DNA of 64,000 nucleotides, taken from Bugula neritina. Its lineage: Eukaryota; Animalia; Bryozoa. The notes under the pieces are model-generated. The model had not been told where the DNA came from and ran no database searches. It saw only the letters and a program-made list of their open reading frames with translations. Below, piece by piece: positions 62,719-64,000 of this stretch. How positions within the stretch are numbered: the stretch's first letter is position 1; every line of letters begins with the position of its first letter. The translations under genes were made by a program, and so were the position numbers. The stretch covers positions 28,875,673 through 28,939,672 of the forward strand of contig OZ037766.1 in NCBI GenBank assembly GCA_964035545.1. The letters are read 5' to 3'.

Positions 62719-64000
62719 GGCCCAAGATAGACTCCACCCTTCCTGTTAGTCACACGTATACTTACTGCTCTGCTGCATAGCGCTTCTCCAATCTCACCCG
62801 GAATGGCTGGACGCCGCTTCGACTCTATTGTAACTGAAGTCACACCCCCTTCTAGTTGGTACCAGTGCTGTTTATTTATAATTGTATAATTTTATACATT
62901 TTATTTTTAAGACCTGACTTTGCATTTAAACTTATGTGAGATTTTAAATCATGTTAATAGAGTTTTTGTAGCCGATTTATATCTGGTCCAACACTCACAC
63001 CCATCTATTGCCTCTGCCCACATGCTGATTAGTTTTATAGTTGAGTTCCTGTTTTTAACTTTACATCACTGCAGATTACCTCTGCAGGTAGCATTTGATT
63101 CAATGCCAGATTTTATGCTGTCGTAGTCTGTTCAACTAATATGCGCTCATTAATTGGCTTGAAAGGGGAATCTTATTAGCTAGCATTGTAATAGGAAGCA
63201 AAGCAAAACTTAATTTCAATCCGGAATTTATAGTTATTAAACCAAAAGCTAAAGTTACTTGAACTATTTTTTAAAGAAATAGTTATTGGGTGTTGGCCTG
63301 AAGAGGTCATAGGTCAGTGTAGTGTTGACCTGAAGAGGTCAGAGGTCGGTGTGGGTGTTAGAGCTTCTAAAGTAACCTCATGACCAGAGTGCATCAGTCT
63401 ACTGTATCTTCGTGCTGCTTTTTAATGCAAATTCTATTTTAAGTAATTTATTAGATATATATTTTGAATTGTTGAACAAATAGTTTATACTAGTGTTTTT
63501 TAATGTTATATACTTAATTACATAGTAATTCATGAAATATATGTATTAGTTTGTATATTACTCTTTGTGTTGTTGTTACTAACTCTGACTTTAAGTTAGA
63601 GTTTAAATAACGTCAGTACCAGAGAACATATAACAAAACTTTCAAAGATTGAATTCATGTTCATTCCTACTATCTTTTAGTCATTTTATCAACTTTTGAA
63701 GCACTTGTTTGATTTGCTAATGCTTGTCTTATTATTAAAGTTTATGAAACAAAATAATGGTAATCTTATAGACTAAGAACAAAGTGTAACTACTTTAACA
63801 TATAGCTGGTTGTAATATCTCTTTGAAATAGGTGAGGTGGAGTCATGGTTGGTAGATAACACCAATCTTATCTCAAAACACTGCAGCTTTATTTTTATTA
63901 AAACCTCATTATATTTCGTAGTTGAGGTGAACATTCAGGACTCCATTTTTACCCTGCTTCTAACTTTAAATGTTGCAAAAACAAAGTTCTTCTTTTCACC

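Noticed and set aside
63292-63352. Hammerhead-like CTGAAGA-GGTCA...TGACC-TGAAG downstream of the WDFY stop
   Set aside because: Lacks GAAA and proper stems I and III; explained by a ~32-bp tandem duplication.

Overview
AT-rich, intron-containing animal (invertebrate-looking) genomic DNA; the species cannot be determined from the sequence alone. Six multi-exon protein-coding loci were rebuilt by hand from GT-AG junctions and reading phase. (1) A secreted short-chain collagen (C4/CAS4-like), +, 1508-7923, with an apparent frame break in exon 2. (2) A single-pass receptor with CUB-like, Thr-rich and four sushi/CCP modules and a tyrosine-motif tail, +, 10248-16326. (3) An orphan prohormone/neuropeptide-precursor-like gene, +, ~26134-29435. 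(4) A GAB/DOS PH-domain docking protein, -, 31625-45906. (5) AMMECR1, +, 47391-50670. (6) WDFY1/2, +, 53001-62718, containing a U12-type minor intron. Mobile DNA includes a 5'-truncated Penelope-like element (GIY-YIG domain, inverted terminal repeat, hammerhead ribozyme), a second solo hammerhead motif inside (TA)n, a TA-flanked non-autonomous DNA transposon and a tRNA-derived SINE family. The most unusual signal is a set of intronic minisatellites sitting against splice sites. Two of them (GAB 24-mer, WDFY 21/18-mer) tandemly duplicate the exon|intron junction itself in frame, giving ladders of 17 and 12 potential donor sites. All gene models are manual and lack transcript support.
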